Below, one piece after another: positions 13,208-26,844 of a stretch of DNA of 64,000 bases (its first letter is position 1; each line of letters starts with the position of its first letter). The stretch lies in assembly GCF_009914755.1 (NCBI RefSeq), contig NC_060934.1; one strand, given 5' to 3'. The notes beneath the pieces are model-generated. The model ran no database searches and had not been told where the DNA came from. It saw only the letters and a program-made list of their open reading frames with translations. This stretch comes from the human T2T-CHM13v2.0 reference genome, Homo sapiens. The position numbers were made by a program, and so were the translations under genes.

Positions 13208-13909
13208 TGTAACCAACCAACAGGCTCATTTTACCTGCTGCCCAGATACAGCCGATTTATCAAGACAGGGGAATTGCAAAAGAGAAAGAGTTAATTCATG
13301 CAGAGCCAGCTGAACAGGAGACTGGGGTTTTATTACTCAAATCAGTCACCCTGAAAATTCAGAGGCTGTGGTTTTTCAAGGATAGTTTGGCAGTCCAGGG
13401 AATGGAGTGCTGCTGATTGGCTGGGGATGCAATCATAGGAGTGTGGAAAATGGTCCTTCTGCATATGTGCTGAGTCTGCCTCTGGGAGGGGCCACAGGAT
13501 GGGTTGGCAGGTCCACGTGGAGCCACTGGTTGTCAAAAATGCAAAACCCTGAAAAGACATCTCAAAAGGCCAATCTTAGGTTCTACAATAGTAATGTTAT
13601 CTGCAGGAGTATTTGTGAAAGTTGTAAATCTTGTGACTTCTGGAATAATGACTAGTAATCATTTATGTCTACACTTTAGCAGAATTCAGGCTTCTCTTAT
13701 CTGCCTAACCTATAAAGATGGTTTAGTTTTGGGGAAGGGCTACTATCATTTAAACTATAAACTAAACGTCTCCCAAAGTTAGCTTGGCTCAAGCCCAGGA
13801 ATGATTAAAGACAGTTTGGAGGGTAAAGGCAAGATGGCAGTTGGTTAGATCAGATCTCTTTCACTATCATAATTTTCTCACTGTTATATTTCTTGCAAAG
13901 GTGGTTTCA
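13208..13909 (-). mobile_element. Solo LTR, LTR8-like (ERV1)
   Basis: Reverse complement starts TGAAACCACCTTTGCAAG...GAAAGAGATCTGATCTAACC; TG...CA ends. Confidence 0.8.
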
Positions 13910-15001
13910 ATTGAATGGGATCCAAATCTCAAATGGCTTTCTATCCCATAGGAACGAGTTTGGACTTTTAACTGAGGGCCATTGGAAACTACTGAAGAGT
14001 TTTAGGCAGCATAAGAACTACTAGATTTTCATTGTGGGAGGATCCTCAGCAGCAGCCTCAGAAAGGAGATTGGGGAAGGAGATCCCTAGTCAGGGAGACC
14101 AAGAAGACTACTGGAAAAAAACAGGTAAGAAGTGATAAGGGACTGAGTGAAGGACACAGCAGTTGGAATAAGAGCACTGGGTGGATTCAAGAATTATTTT
14201 AGAATCTATAGGACTTGATCAATGGGAGGGTAAGGGAGAGGTGTGGCTGGGCTGATTTCTATGTTTCCAGGTCGTGCAGCTGGGGATGTGGTTTCAACAT
14301 GCAGATCTAAGCATATCCCCATTCCATCCTGAGCTGCATCACTCCCAGGCTGGGTTGGGTGCCTCTCTGGTGTAAGCCATATCACTCTTTGCCTATCTCA
14401 GTCTAATACTACACTTAACACGTTTCATTGCAATTTTTTTGGCAGGGGAATCCTCAAGGACCTGCAAACAAGAAACCAAATCCCCCCACTCCCCCCAGCC
14501 AAAATGTGTTCATTTTGACCAGCTGTGTGTGTGTTTTAAATTAAAAGTTTGAATTAGAAAGCAAGTAGGATAAATTTATATACTTAGATGTATAAATTTA
14601 AATACCTGGCCCCTGAAGCACTTCTGATAGGTCTCAGCTACCCAAACAAGAAGAACGGAATCTTTGAATCCCCAGGACTCAACGCAGTACTGGACACAAA
14701 ATGGGAGCTGAAAAAGTGTGTGTGGAGTCAGTGAAGGATGCAATTTCCCCTCATTGTAGAGATGAAGAAGCTGAGGCTGCAGAGTAGAATAGGAGCAGAC
14801 AGTGGGGATTGTCTTCAAAGTAGGTTCCTAGTTCCTGGCTCAGAGGTCCCAGTTTTTGTTGACCATGGACAGTAAAACTCCCTGGGGAAGCGGGCCCAGT
14901 CTCAGGAGAGCAGTTTTGATTGGTCTAAGTTTGTGATTGACTTAGGAACTGTCTGGCCAATGAAATATGAGGGAAAGCCTGGGGGATTCTGGGAAAGGTT
15001 T

Positions 15002-15857
15002 TGTAAACCAAAAAGTATTTGAGACATGTCTCAATTTTAGAGGATTATTTTGCCAAGGTTAAGGACCATTGCCCATACAGCCTCAGGAGGCCCTGAGAAC
15101 ATATACCCAAGGTGGTTGGGGTACAGCTTCATTTTATACATTTTAGGGAGTCAGAAGTTACAGGCAAAGACATAAATCAATACATGCAAGGTATACATTG
15201 GTTTGGCCCAGAGAGGTGGAACATCTAGAAGCAGGAGCTTCCAGGTCATAAGTGGATTCAAAGATTTCCTGATTGGCAGTTTGTTGACAGAGTTAAGCTC
15301 CGCCCCAAGAGTTGATGTCAGCTTAAATTAAGGTAAGGGGGTGCTTTGTGGAAACCAACGTTCTTATCATGTATATGAAGCCTCCAGGCTTCAGCGAGAA
15401 TAGATGTGAATGTCTTTTATTGGACCTTAAAAATTGTCAGACTTTCTGGAAAAGACCTAATAAGGGAATCTTTACAGAACATAATTTTTTCACCCACAAG
15501 TGACAGCTTGGCAGGGCCGTTTCAAAATATGTAAAGAAATATAATTTGAGGTAAAATAATTTGATTTCCTTCAGGGCCCACTGGCTGTCACGTGATGTTA
15601 TACCAGAGTCAGATTGGAATCTGTTGTCTTACTGCTACCAAGATTTTGTCTTGACAGTCTTAAGATTCCTGTTTTAATGTCAGTTCTGGTCAGTTGTGTC
15701 TAAACTCAAAAGGAAGGAGGGTATAATGAGGCATGTTTCACCCCCTCTTTCCCATCATGGCCTGAACTAGTTTTTCAGGTGTTTTTTTGAATCCCTTTGG
15801 CCAAGGGGGATCCATTCAGTCAGCTGAGGGGCTTAGAATTTTATTTTTGGTTTATAG
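15002..15857 (-). mobile_element. Solo LTR, MER4 family (ERV1)
   Basis: Reverse complement starts TATAAACCAAAAATAAAATTCTAAGCCCC...GACTGAATGGA; related to 59310-60217. Confidence 0.8.
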
Positions 15858-16872
15858 TTTCCTCTTGATTAAAGAAGGAAGTCTGCAATGTGGGTTTGTA
15901 ACCTAGTTTTTAATAACTTTACATCAGACTTGTAATTTATTGTTACTTTCTGAAGACACACTGATAAAACCTCTCTACCATGACGTCATTGCATGTTTTC
16001 ACGGTAGAAATTCTAATTATTTGCTAAAGTGAAAATAAAGTCAAACATGCCTAAGTCTTTATCTGCTTAACCACATTAGCTATGGTGTGATCATGGAAAA
16101 AGGGCACACATCAAGACATAGTTTTAAAAGAATTATTAGAATGTTGACTACCAGAATAATATTGACCCAGGATGAACTTCTTTTTTTATTTTTTCATTTC
16201 TGCTTTTTTGTTATTGGTGTTTATAACTTCCTCAGAGATTCACCATGGGGTTACCTCATACAAGAGACTACCTTCAGGTACAGATTTTCATCACCATACT
16301 TTCTGTAGGTGCCCCTGGCAGTCAGAGGTTACCACAAACAAAAAGTACTTTGGTGAGTAGTGTTATAGTGAGATTCTGATAACTCATTCATCAGAGCCTC
16401 TCACTTAAGTACGAAGATAAGTACCAGAGTTACAATCTTGAGCAAAAGCAAAGTCCCTGTCTTCATCTGTGTTACAGAAAAGACAGGCCTTAAGCACACA
16501 CTCACCAAAAAAGCAAAGACATTAGTGCATACTTCAAAATGCATAAAATATAAGACCCCCTAGTGCCATGAGAGTACATACCAGGCTGACCTGGCCTAAA
16601 TATAAGTTTCATCAGAGGAAGTGGTATTTAAACTGAGTTCTGAATATTGAATAGAAGTTAATTAAGGTTGGAGTAGATGTAGAAGAGGTATTCACAGTGT
16701 ATCTCATATCATAAATATGGTAGGTAATTCATAAATACTTGTTGATTGAAAGAATGAATTGAACCTATCCCCCCAGTAGGGCAAATCAAGTGTAAGGAAA
16801 ATTATTCACTGGAACAAACCATTGGAGAAAGTTTAGGCCAGTTTGTCTAATCATCAGTCTTTCACAATAATT

Positions 16873-17469
16873 TGTTACAGACCAGAGGCTCCCCATGTAA
16901 TAAAAATTAACATGGAGCCAAGCAGATTCCTCAGACAAGGCTTTTATCTGGTGTTTGTGCTTGAGTGCAAGGGAGACAGCAGAGGCACAAGGACCTTCTG
17001 GTGACTCTCTGAAAAAGAGCTGGTAGGGATTTTTTATGAGACAAAGTGCTGGAATTGACAATAGGGGTAAGATATGCAGGCTGGGCTGGACAAAGCATGT
17101 GAGGGGTAGGGTATGTAGCATAGCGCGTTGCTATGTTTTTCTTGAGTAATGGGCCAACTGGTTATCTGGGAGCAGCAAAGAGGGTTTAAATCAGATTTTC
17201 GGCATTCCTTCCCAGGTAGGACACTCTGCAACCTTGGTTTGATTTTGGATCCCCCAAAGCCAGTTTCTGAAATTCTGTAAGTAAAAGACATGGTTAAACA
17301 TTATGAGAGCAAAGAAGAATGGCTGTGTTCTTTGTGTGACTAAAGCCTTGGAGTTAGCAGGTATAGCATCAGTGAGGTAGTGGTGTGGGTTTTGTGGTCA
17401 GTGGGAATGTATGAAAGAATGCTCTACTGGGGGCAAGCTGAAGCCAAGCCCAGTTCTTGCGCTTTCTCA
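16873..17469 (-). mobile_element. Solo ERV LTR (subfamily not assigned)
   Basis: TG...CA termini with a perfect 4-bp TSD AATT on both sides. Confidence 0.7.
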
Positions 17470-18474
17470 AATTGACCACATGAGAGTAATCCCTTTCTCT
17501 TTACGATTCTTTCTCTCTCGTGATGGAGTACTTTCTTCAAACACATACCCAAGATACTCTTGTTGTCTATTTTTTTTTTTCGTTTTATTTTGGTCAACAA
17601 AGAGGGGAAAATATAGCATCAGCAGCTGCCACTACCAGTAATAACTGTGTGTGCAGGAGTGAAACGCACCCCACGTGAATAAACTTCCTGTTAGGCACTA
17701 ATATTTTTTGAGCACCTACTAATTATGATATGGAGGGGGATGGTGCATGGCTGCCTAGAAATTTGATAGGCTGTAATCAGAATGACCCCAAGTATTGGAC
17801 ATAATTTCAAGAATGGAGCTGAGTTTAGCAAAATTATAACAGTCATATTATCTAACATGTATTAAATCCTCATGTGCCATATACTGTCCTAAGCACACTA
17901 TAAATATCATTTTTTTAAAATAAGTATCACAATAGCCATGTGAATTGGGTACTATTATTATCCTCATATTCCAGATTAGGGAACTGGAGCTTATAGAGGC
18001 TCATTAGCTTATCCAAGTTCACACAGTGGATAATAGTGTCACTGACATTTGAACACAGGTCTGGATGGCTCCAGAACTTACTGTGGTATAAAACAAAATA
18101 TATTTGGTCTTTGTCCCAATTCCTGTCAGAGATCCTGAAGCACTCAAAATTTCCCGGAGTGTGGGGAAAAAAAGGAGTGTTTTGTTATTCATAATGGCCT
18201 CTTTTTATCATACCTGACTTTATGCTAATAAGTTGACTTGTGGTGGGCCCCCTGTGATAGACTCAGGATAGGGCCAGACATCAGAAAAATCAAGTGATTA
18301 GGGAATTAGAGGGTTGGAAATTTCAGCCTCACCCACCAACCTCCAGGAAAGGGGTGGGGGCTAGAGATTAAGCTCTCTAGAACTCTTGAATAATGCAATT
18401 TAATGAACTCCCAGGTTGCTGAACACATAAAGGTGCTGGGAGGGTAGTCGCCCATCCATGCCTTGCTCTATGTA

Positions 18475-18886
18475 TGTATTAGTTCATTCTTGCATTGCTA
18501 TAAGGAAACACTTGAGACTGGGTAATTTATAAAGGAAAGAGTTTTAATTGGTTCATGGTTCTGCAGGCTTTACAGGAAGCATGGTGCTGGCATCTGCTCG
18601 GCATCTGGGGAGGCCTGAGGAAGCTTTCAATCATGGCAGAAGGTGAAGGGGGCTCAGGCACATCATGGCAACAGCAGGAGCAAGCAGGAGAGAGAGAATT
18701 GGGAGGGAGGTGCTACAAACTTTTAAATGACCAGATCTCACGAGAACTCACTGTCATGAAGACAGCACTAAACCATGAGGGATCCGCCCCCAGGATACAA
18801 ACACCTCCCATCAGGCCCCATCTCCAGCACTGGGGATTACAATTCAAGATGAGATTTGGGCAGGGACAAATATCCTAACTGTATCA
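18475..18886 (-). mobile_element. MSTA/MSTB-type MaLR solo LTR
   Basis: TGTATTAGTTCATTCTTGCATTGCTATAA...CTGTATCA. Confidence 0.85.
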
Positions 18887-19044
18887 AGATATCCCTTCAT
18901 CAGGTTGTTCATCTGTATCCTTTGTAATATCCTTTGTAATCAACTGGTAAATGTAAGTAAAGTATTTCTCTAAGTTCCGTGAGCTCTCCTAGCAAATTAC
19001 TGAACCCAAGGTGAGGAGTCATGGGAACCTTAATATATAGCTGG

Positions 19045-21295
19045 TGATATGGTTTGGCTTTGTGTCCTCACCCAAATCTCATGTCAAATTGTAATCCCCA
19101 GTGTTGGTGGAGGGGCCTGGTGAGAGGTGGTTGGATCATGGGGTCAGTTTCTAATGGTTTAGGATCATCCCCCTAGTGCTGCTTGTTTAAAAGTATGTAG
19201 CACCTCCCCTGCAACCTGCCAGCCATGTGAAGCTATGCCTGCTTCCCCTTCACTTTTTGCCATGGTTGTAAATTTCCTGAGGCCTCCCTAGAAGCAGAAG
19301 CCTCAGAACCATGAGCTGATTAAGCCTCTTTTTAAAATAAATTACTCAGTCTCCAGTATGTCTTTATAGCAATGTGAGAATGAACTAATACAGAAAATTG
19401 GTACCAGAGAAGAGGGCAATTGGTATAAAGATACCTGAAAATGTGGAAGCAACTTTGGAACTAGGTAGCGGGCAGAGGTTGATACAGTTTGGAGTGCTCA
19501 GAAGAAGACAGGAAGATGAGGGAAGGTTTGGAACTCCCTAGAGACTTGTTAAGTTGTGACCAAAATATTGATAGTGATATGGACAGTGAAGTCCAGGCTG
19601 AGATGGTCTCAGATGGAGATGAGGAATTTATTGGGAACTTATTTGGAGCAAAGGTCATTTTGTTACTCATTAACAAAGAGGTTGGAGGTATTGTGCCCTG
19701 CCCTAAAGATCTGTGGAACTTTGAACTTGAGAGAGATGATTTAGGTTATCTGGTGGAAGAAATTTCTAAACGGCAATGTGTTTAACATGTGGCCTGGCTG
19801 CTTCTAACAGCATATGCTTATATTCATGCAAATTTTGGAAAATTTGCAGCCTGATCATGTGGTAGAAAAAAAAAACCCATTTTCTGGGGAGGAATTCAAG
19901 CCAGCTGCAGAAATTTGCATAAGTAAAGAGGAACTGAATGTTAATAGCCAAGACAAAGGGGATAATGCCTCCATGGCATTTCAGAGACCTTCAAGGCAGC
20001 CCCTTCCATCACAGGCCTGGAGGCCTAGTAGGGAAGAGTGGTTTCGTGGGCCAGGCCCAGGGTCCCAGTGCTCTATGCAGCCTTGGTACATGGTATCCTC
20101 CATCACAGCTGCTCCAGCTCCAACCATGGCTAAAAGAGGCCAAGGTACAGCTCAGGCCACTTCTCCAAAGGGTGCAAGCTGCAAGTCTTGGTGTCTTCTA
20201 TGTGTTATTAAGCACAGAGGGCAAGAATTGATGCCTGGAAACCTCTGCCTAGATTTCAGAGGATGTTTGGAAATGCCTGGATGTCCAAGCAGAAGAAGTC
20301 TGGTACAGAGGTGGAGCCCTCATGGAGAACCTTGACTAGGGCAGTGCAAGGGGAGATGTGGGGTTGGAGTCCCCATATAGAGTCCCCACTGGGGCACTGC
20401 CTAGTGGAGCTGTGAGAAGAGGGCCACCATCCTCCAGACCCCAGAATGGTAGATCCACCAACAGCTTGCACCATGCAACTCGAAAAGGCACAGGCACTCA
20501 TTGCCAGTCTGTGAAAGCAGCCACAAGGGCTGTACCCTGCAAAGCCAAAGGTACAGAGCTGCCCAAGGCCTTGGGAGCCCATCCCATGCATCAGTGTGTC
20601 CTGGATGTGAGACATGGAGTCAAAGGAGATTATTTTGGAGCTTTGAGATTTAATGACTACCCTGCAGGATTCTGGACTTGCACAGAGCCTGTAGCTCCCT
20701 TGTTTTGGCCAATTTCTCCTTTTTGGAATGGGAACATTTACCTAATGCCTGTACTGCCATTGTATCTTGGAAATAACTAACTTGTTTTTGATTTTACAGG
20801 CTCATAGGCAGAAGGGACTTGCCTAATCTCAGGTGAAACTTTGGACTTGGACTTTTGAGATAATGCTGGAATGAGTTAAGATTTCGAGGGTCTATTGGGA
20901 AGCCATAATTGTGTTTTGAAATGTGAGAAGGACATGAGATTTGGGAGGGGCAGGGGTGGAATGACATGGTTTGGCTTTGTGCCCCCACCCAAATCTCATG
21001 TTGAATTGTAATCCTCAGTGTTGGAGGAGAGACTTGGTGGGAGGTAATTGGATCTATGGGTTTAGCACCATCCCCCTGGTGCTGCTTGTTTAAAAATATG
21101 TAGCACTCCCCTTTTTTCCAGCCACGTAAATATGTGCCTGGTTCCCCTTCACCCTCTGCCTGATTGTAAGTTTCCTGACACTTCCCCAGAAAGCTTGTAC
21201 AGCCCACAGAACTGTGAGCCAACTAAACCTCTTTTCTTTATAAATTACCCAGTCTCAGGTATGTCTTTATAGCAATGTAAGAACAGACTAATACA
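19045..21295 (+). mobile_element. Complete MST-type MaLR: LTR (19045-19392), internal region, LTR (20962-21295)
   Basis: Two direct LTRs TGA(T/C)ATGGTTTGGCTTTGTG...CTAATACA. Polypurine tract before the 3' LTR. TSD GCTGG/GCTGC. Confidence 0.9.
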
Positions 21296-21812
21296 GCTGC
21301 TTATTCAGAAGCACAAGTCACAACTTAGGACTTGACTTGCAATGGCTATCTGAAGTGGGAGTAGTCCTATGGGACTGAGTCTTCAACCTTTGGAATCTGA
21401 CACTATCTCTACGTATAAATGTAGGACACTCAGTTGGTATCTACTGGAGAATTGCTTGGTATGTGGGGAAAACTCCCACACATCTGGTCACAAAAGTGTT
21501 CTGTGTGGTGAGTATGAGAGTAGAGAGAAAATCAGGGTTTTTTCCCCTTTACACCTATACATTCCATAACTCAGCTGTAGTACCTCCCAAAAGACAGTGT
21601 ATCTCCCTTTACCTGCAGACTTTACACCATGGTTGCAAATGCCTGGTATAATATTCCATTGCCTGCATAGCATTACCTTTCATAAAAATTACTAGGTTCC
21701 TTTATTTCTTATTGATATTCTTCAACCTATTATCTTATTTTTGTTTCTGAAAGAGACTTTTTGCCCTTAAAATTTTTTTCCAACTATTAATATAATGTTT
21801 TCTATTTTGTAT

Positions 21813-22173
21813 ACATAGTTCCTAACTTCCAATAATTCAACTTACAATTTTTCAACTTTACAATGCTGAAAAAGTGGTAGGCATTCAGTAGAAACTATAT
21901 TTCAAGTACTCATACAACCTTTGTTTTTTACTTTTAGTACAATGTTCTATAAATTACGTGGGATATTCTACACTTTAGTACAAAATAGGCTTTGTGTTAG
22001 ATGATTTTGCCCAACTATAGGCTCATGTAAGTGTTCTGAGCACATGTAAGGTAGACTAGGTTAAGCTATGATGTTCGGTAGGTTAGGTGGCAAATACATT
22101 TTTCACTTATGATATTTTCAACTTATGATGGGTTTATTGGGACATGACCCCACTGCAAGTCGAGGAGTATTTG
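21813..22173 (-). mobile_element. MER47/Tigger5-type non-autonomous DNA transposon
   Basis: AAGCTATGATGTTCGGTAGGTTAGGTG and GCAAGTCGAGGAG...TG terminus. Confidence 0.75.
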
Positions 22174-22429
22174 TGTGTATTTGTGTGTGTATACACATAT
22201 AGTCAACTTTTTGAAATCAAATTTCAAGTATTTTCAGGATTCTGGTGAATAGGATCTATGCACAGTTCTTAAAGAATGATAGCAGTGATAAGGAGAATCT
22301 TGTATCAGGGGCCTAGTATGCTAGATATTCATATTTCATTCAGGTTTCTTATAGCTGTCTTGTTTCCCAGATGAAATCCCCTCTGAATAGTAAGTGGTCA
22401 TCAGCTGCATATAATAATAAAAACCCACT

Positions 22430-23188
22430 TGTAAGGGAAAAAACAAACTTCCTCCTTCTCCTCTCATACACAACACAACATAGAACAATCCTGTGACTAA
22501 TATATGTGGGGACTTTTCCCCACACACCAAGCAATTCTCCAGTGGACACCAACTGGGTGTCCTACAGTTCAGTTCTTACACTGGCTACCTGGAGATAACA
22601 TCAGATCCAACAGGTTAAGGGCTCAGGCCCACAAGATTGTGCCCCACTTCAAATGCCAATCATAAGTCCCAGGTTGTGACTTGTACTTCTCGCCAACCAG
22701 CTACAAATTCCTCAGGTCTGATTGCTAGGATGGCTTTCAGAACTCAGGAAAGCAATTTATTTATACTTACCAGTCATTTTAAAGGACATTATAAAGAATA
22801 CAGATGGACAGCCAGATGAAGAGATACACTGGGCAAAGTATATGGGAAGGAAAGCAAAGCTCCTATGATCTCTTCAGGTTTACCACCATCTAGACATCTC
22901 CACATGTTCAGCAACCTGGAAGCTCGCCAAACTTCATCAGGTAGACATGATCAATTAACCCAATCTCCAGCTTTCCCCAAAGGATGGGGGGTGAGTTGGA
23001 AAGTTCAAAGTTTCTAATTATGGCTTAGTCTTTCTGGTGACCAGTCTCCATCCAGGAGTCCACCAAGACTCGCTCCATTAGAACAAAAGACACTCCTATC
23101 ACTCGGGAAATTCCAAAGGATTAGGAGCTCTGTGTCAGGAACTGGGAGAATAAACCAAATACACATTTCTTATATCACTATATCTCAC
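22430..23188 (-). mobile_element. MER21-family LTR
   Basis: CCCCACACACCAAGCAATTCTCCAG is the reverse complement of the motif at ~21445-21470. Confidence 0.7.
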
Positions 23189-24074
23189 CACTTTAACTCG
23201 TTTTAGCATAAAATGAATCAATATGGGAAATTGGGTGAGTAAAATCGCTGGAAAAGCTAAAAACAGCCATTACTGGCTTGGCTCCCAGTAATGACTCTCT
23301 TGGGTGGTATTCTTTCCACAACAGAATCATCTTACTAAGGGAGTAGCTACTTCTGTTACAATCATAAAACAAGAAATCAGGGAGTCACTGCTCCTGTTGC
23401 TGGCTTCAGGACTGACCATCTCGGGTCAAATCTATACACGCAAAACGCATGCCCCATATTCTGCCTCTCCAAGTCCATGATATTAAGGACAGGACACTGA
23501 GACCTCTGCTGCCACTGCACTGCCTTCCAGACAAAGCAGCAGAAGTGCAGCCTCCTCCTCAATCAGGCCTTCCAGATGTTGCCCAAGTGCATCTGCTTGG
23601 CAGAGCTAGCCCATGTACAGGACCGAAGCTGTAAGGAAATCTGGGGAAAGACTTCAACTTTCTCACTTCTAGCATGCAACAGGGCATATTGAAAGTGGTC
23701 GAAATGGAGTTGAGTGAACCCATCTATTTACCTGCCACAAACCTCAATAAAGATTTTGATAATTAGGTAGCATGGTTTGCTGAGACTTTTCTGCATCCTG
23801 GGAACTTCCTCAACCCAGGCAAACTGAGATAGTCAGTTAACCTATGTGGTAATGAGGCTTGAATCTCTCTATAAATTCCCCTAGAGAGGCTGAAATTGAA
23901 AGCAGGACTAATCAAGTAATAACAACAGTGATAACTATGTTATGGTGTTATGAGTTCTATTTCTGAAGTCACTCAGACGTAGGTTTGAATCCAGCTCCTT
24001 CTCTTAGTGGCTGTGTAATCTTAGTAACTATGACCTTAATTAAGTTGATTTATCTAATAGCCAGTTTCTTCTCT

Positions 24075-24284
24075 CCAGCATTATCCAATAGTATTCTCTG
24101 ATGGGGGAAATACATCGTATCTACACTGTGCAATGTGATAGTCACTAGCCACACATAGCTTTCAAGTACGTGAAATATAGCTAATGAGAGTAATGAACTG
24201 GATTTTTAATTTTTTATTTTAATGAATTTACATTTAAATTTAAATAGCAACATGTAAATAATGGATGCTGTATTGGAGAGTGGA
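24075..24284. mobile_element. MER3-type hAT MITE
   Basis: CAGCATTATCCAATAG...CACTAGCCACA...GTATTGGA. Confidence 0.65.
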
Positions 24285-24893
24285 CACAATAGGAATAAAA
24301 TGGTCTCTACCTTATTTATTTTATTAATTCGACATATATTTATTAAGTAAATTTTATGAGCACCTGTGAATGTTGTGCTAGGGAAACATCATGAAGCTTA
24401 CAACCCACTGAGAGAGTCAGACCCTTAACAAATGAACAAATACAGTAACTACAGTTTATGATTAGTAGTATAAAGCAAATAAACAGGATATCATTCTGCA
24501 GAATAATAGGGGGTGCATTCTTTAGGTGGGGCATCAGGAGAAAACTTCTTTGAGGAGAGTATGAATGATCCAAACTCCATCCATTGCCATCTTCCAGCTC
24601 AGGGTGGCCATTTGACACAACTCAGGCCAGTGAGATAAGAGAAGAAACTGTCCAAGTGATGTTTCCGGAAAGTTTTGGGTTTTCTCATAAAAAAGGAACT
24701 GATAAATCAACTTGAGGACACTCCCAATGGCCAAAATTGGACTATTTGAATATCAATAAGGCTAATAACTGCAGTGCATTAAAACACATCAAATATGTTT
24801 AAATCAATGAGTTCACAAAGATAATTTTTTAAAAGTCTGATTGGTTACCACTGGAGGATGCTAGTGAATCAATTCACTGTTTTGAAAACTGGT

Positions 24894-25178
24894 GGCTGGG
24901 CACGGTGGCTCATGCCTGTAATCCCAGCACTTTGAGAGGCTGAGTCGGGTGGATCACCTGAGGTTGGGAGTTTGGGACCAGCCTGACCAACATGGAGAAA
25001 CTCCGCCTCCACTAAAAATACAAAATTAGCTGGGCATGGTGATACCTGCCTGTAATCCCTGCTACTCAAGAGGCTGAGGCAGGAGAATTGCTTGAACCCA
25101 GGAGGCAGAGGTTGTGGTGAGCCAAGATCGCACCATTGCATTCTAGCCTGAGCAACAAGGGCGAAACTCTGTCTCAAA
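24894..25178 (+). mobile_element. Alu (AluS), almost no poly-A tail
   Basis: Full dimer; perfect TSD GAAAACTGGT at 24884-24893 and 25179-25188. Confidence 0.95.
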
Positions 25179-25818
25179 GAAAACTGGTAAACTAAGGGAA
25201 AGTATGAAGCATTAATCTTTCCTTTATTGTTTGTACCTATTGGGTCACTTAAAAATAGAATGGGAAAGTTTCTCTTTATAAAAGTATTCCAGCTAACAAC
25301 TGAAGAAGGAATGATAGACTTAAAACATTATCATTTTATAACATAAGGAATTAATGGATTTAGACATTAATCATCAAAAGCTGTTAATGTCACAAAAAGA
25401 GAGACAACCACTCATTAGGCACCTCTGGATAGCAGAACATAATACCTCCTATGAAGTAGTCTTGCCAAGAAGAAAAAAGGAACAATAAAACATCTGAATC
25501 TAATCAAACTTGTAGATTCAACTATTAACTTACAAGATACACAGAGGACACCATAGGGATGCAATCAGAAAAATCCAGATTGTGGGAAACTCTACAGGAC
25601 AAATGACCTAGTTTCTTCAAAAAATAAGAGGAAAGGAAAAGAGATGAAGGGGGATCCTGTGGATTAAAAGGGACTTCAAGGACATGTCCATTGCAAGTGT
25701 CTTATTTGCAAGTATTTGGATACTTTAAACTGTAAAAAAAATATTGCTTTTATTGAATAATTAGAAATTTGAATTATTGTGGAATAATTGGAAATATGAT
25801 GATATTAAGAAATTGCTA

Positions 25819-26114
25819 TTTTTTTTTTTTTTTTTGAGACAGAGTCTCATTCTCTCACCTAGGCTGGAGTGCAGTAGCACTTATCTCGGCTCACTGCAAC
25901 CTCCACCTCCGGGGTTGAAGCGATTCTCCTGCCTCAGCCTCCCAAGTAGCTGGGACTATGGGCATGCACCACCACGTCGGGGTAATTTCTGTATTTTTAG
26001 TAGAGATGCGGTTTCACCATGTTGGCCAGGCTGGTGTCGAACTCCTGACCTCAGGTGATCCACCCACCTTGGCCTCCCACCTGGGATTACAGGCATGAGC
26101 CACTGCGCCCAGCC
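25819..26114 (-). mobile_element. Alu (AluS)
   Basis: Full dimer; TSD-like AATTGCTA. Confidence 0.95.
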
Positions 26115-26490
26115 AGGAATTGCTATTTTTTGTGTGATAATAGTATATTGAAAAAGGGAAAGCTTTATCTTTTAGAATAGGTAGTGACACACTTTGGAAA
26201 ACAATGATAGAATGTCTAGATCTTCCTTCATAATAATGAGAAGAGAGGGAGAGTCAAGTGGGGGTGGATAATAGATAAAGCAAGATTGGCCACAAGTTGA
26301 TAATTATTGTAGTTGTGTGGTGTATCCATGGGGGGCTCTCTATACTATTCTATTTTTTAATATTTGAAATCCTGCATAATACAAAGTTAAATAAAAAGTG
26401 GGTTTTATCCCTCTGCTCTCCCCCTTCTGCTTTAACAGTGCAGTAGCTGTCTTGTGATCATAAGGCAGCAAGTATGAAGTCAGGCATATG

Positions 26491-26844
26491 AGGCTATATG
26501 AGTTGACTGCATCCCCTAAAAGTTTATGTGTTGAAATCTTAATCCCCAATGCAACAGTGTTGGGAGATGGGGCCTACTGCTCTCATGAATGGATTAATAT
26601 TATCATGGAAGTAGCTTAGTTATGACAGAGGGTTGTCATAAAAGGGAGTCCACCCCTCGTGCTCTGTCTCATGTGCTCATTTGCCCTTCTGCCATGTTAT
26701 GACACAGCACAAAGGCCCTCACCAGATGCTGGTGTATGCTCTTGGAATTCCTAGCCTCTGTAACTGTGAGAAATAAATTTCCTTACTTTATAAATTACCC
26801 AGTCTGTGGTAGTCTGTTATACCAGCAGAAAACAGACTACGACA
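26491..26844 (+). mobile_element. MaLR solo LTR (MSTC/D or MLT1A-like)
   Basis: TATGTGTTGAAATCTTAATCCCCAATG...ATAAATTACCCAGTCTGTGG...ACAGACTACGACA. Confidence 0.8.

Larger units (their letters stand above)
18082..21553 (+). mobile_element. MER21-family LTR split into three pieces by MST insertions
   Basis: Pieces ~18082-18474, 18887-19044 and 21296-21553 read as one continuous MER21-like sequence. Confidence 0.7.
24720..26400 (+). mobile_element. Old L1M 3' region interrupted by two Alus
   Basis: L1M-like 3'UTR motifs (GGGATGCAATCAG..AAATCCAGA, CAAGTTGATAATTATTG, AAAGTTAAATAAAAA). Confidence 0.55.

Noticed and set aside
15022-15031. Perfect p53 half-site AGACATGTCT in the MER4 LTR
   Set aside because: No adjacent second half-site.
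19461-21222. ORFs up to 173 aa in the MST internal region
   Set aside because: Fragmented remnants of the MaLR internal ORF; no intact gag/pol.
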